Below the pieces are notes generated by a model. It did no database searches. It worked only from the letters and a program-made list of their open reading frames with translations, and was not told where the DNA came from. From the NCBI GenBank assembly GCA_964388745.1, contig CAYMBP010000001.1, forward strand, positions 28,244 through 92,243: a stretch of 64,000 nt of DNA, written 5' to 3'. A program made the position numbers and the translations under genes. The stretch comes from an uncultured Pseudomonadota bacterium (GTDB taxonomy: Bacteria > Babelota > Babeliae > Babelales > RVW-14). Shown piece after piece: positions 63,232 through 64,000 of the stretch. Numbering within the stretch: the first letter of the stretch is position 1; the number at the start of each line of letters is the position of its first letter.

Positions 63232-64000
63232 TTAAAAAAACTTACTTTTTATCATGAGATAGAACTGATAGATTCGTTCACCAAAAAGAGAGGCAACATC
63301 TTTATAAGTAAGGAAAAGAAAGAGTGCAATAAATAAAACAAATGATGTTAAATTAATTCCGAGTTTAATTGAATCTGGAATTTTTCGTCGAATAATAGCC
63401 TCTATGGTAACAAAAAGAAGTTGCCCACCATCAACAATTCCAAGAGGTAAAAGGTTAATAAGGGCAAGATTTATGCTGATAATTGCTAAAAAAATAAAGA
63501 ATGGAATAAACCCTACTTGAACTGAAGTAAAGCTATTAGCTAAAATCAGGAGAGGTCCTCCTGCACCATCTAAAGAGCCGCTTGATATAAGCTTGCTAAT
63601 GCTTTGACCAATAAGCTTTATCCATTTAATAGTTTCATAAAATCCCTTTTTAAGAGCCTGAGAAAAGGAAGCTTTTTGATACGGCATTCCTAAGGCTACA
63701 CCGAGTGCACCAACGGCTTTACCTTGTTCCATGCGAGAGCCAAGAGTGATTGAGAATTCTTTTTTGCTATTGTCTCTCATGACAGTAAGGGAAATTGTTT
63801 GATTTGGATTTTTTCTTGTCTCCTCAAGAAAAAGAGTGTCTGCATTTTCAATAAGATTGTTTTGATTGTCAATAAGCTTAATAGTGTTAATTTCTACAAT
63901 AAGATCCTTAGGAAGCAAGCCCCCTTTGTCTGCCGCAGATTGAGTAGTAACTCCAGTTACCAATAAACCTGGATTGTTACTTTCAGCTCCAACAAGAAAA
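63232..64000 (-). CDS. rseP: RseP-type site-2 (M50) zinc metalloprotease, C-terminal part; gene continues past the window end
   Basis: PDZ-like 'GVTTQSAADKGGLLPKDLIVEIN'. C-terminal TM core 'NLALINLLPLGIVDGGQLLF'. The frame stays open to nt 64000, and the HExxH part is off-window. Confidence 0.8.
   Translation of the reverse strand, partial: FLVGAESNNPGLLVTGVTTQSAADKGGLLPKDLIVEINTIKLIDNQNNLIENADTLFLEETRKNPNQTISLTVMRDNSKKEFSITLGSRMEQGKAVGALGVALGMPYQKASFSQALKKGFYETIKWIKLIGQSISKLISSGSLDGAGGPLLILANSFTSVQVGFIPFFIFLAIISINLALINLLPLGIVDGGQLLFVTIEAIIRRKIPDSIKLGINLTSFVLFIALFLFLTYKDVASLFGERIYQFYLMIKSKFF

Overview
This 64-kb window comes from a low-GC bacterial chromosome; I estimate mid-30s % GC by eye, not computed. 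The cell envelope is diderm-type, since LpxC, LptD, BamD, YidC and RseP are all present. Coding density is high and most genes are housekeeping: mnmE, clpB, ndk, priA, ddl, rpe, psd, glmU, sbcD, atpE-F'-F-H-A, recD2, zwf, gnd, cysS, ftsI, yidC, recR, lptD, pepP, pyrG, rplM and lpxC, plus one tRNA-Ser(CGA). I saw no rRNA, CRISPR array, transposase or integrase. Several accessory loci suggest a host-associated or intracellular lifestyle, possibly Dependentiae/TM6-like; that taxonomic guess is inference only. (1) The best candidate for a novel system is a two-gene minus-strand unit at 15481-17686, bracketed by a promoter-like site and a terminator. Both products carry signal peptides. One has a ligand-for-ligand RING-H2 zinc-finger spacing. 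The other has SUMO-interaction-like motifs and a Q-x5-C...H-W...D arrangement reminiscent of UCH/Josephin-type deubiquitinases. (2) A roughly 11-kb block at 21855-32797, entirely on the minus strand, abuts the 3' end of tRNA-Ser. It holds an 837-aa secreted coiled-coil protein with an EndoU-like C-terminal toxin domain and a candidate immunity gene. It also holds an ANT(3'')-like pseudogene (TGG to TAG), a decayed GNAT gene and an intact dabB-dabA pair. The remaining genes are a protein with a metallothionein-like Cys cluster, a methyltransferase and a beta-helix/Pmp-like protein. (3) Other oddities are a tandem Ddl-Ddl fusion, a ClpB without its N-domain, a membrane-anchored NDK and a protein of about 42 % lysine that resembles histone H1. 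There are also two paralogous secreted ankyrin-like proteins and a truncated atp operon. All functional calls rest on motifs read from the supplied translations. No database search was run.
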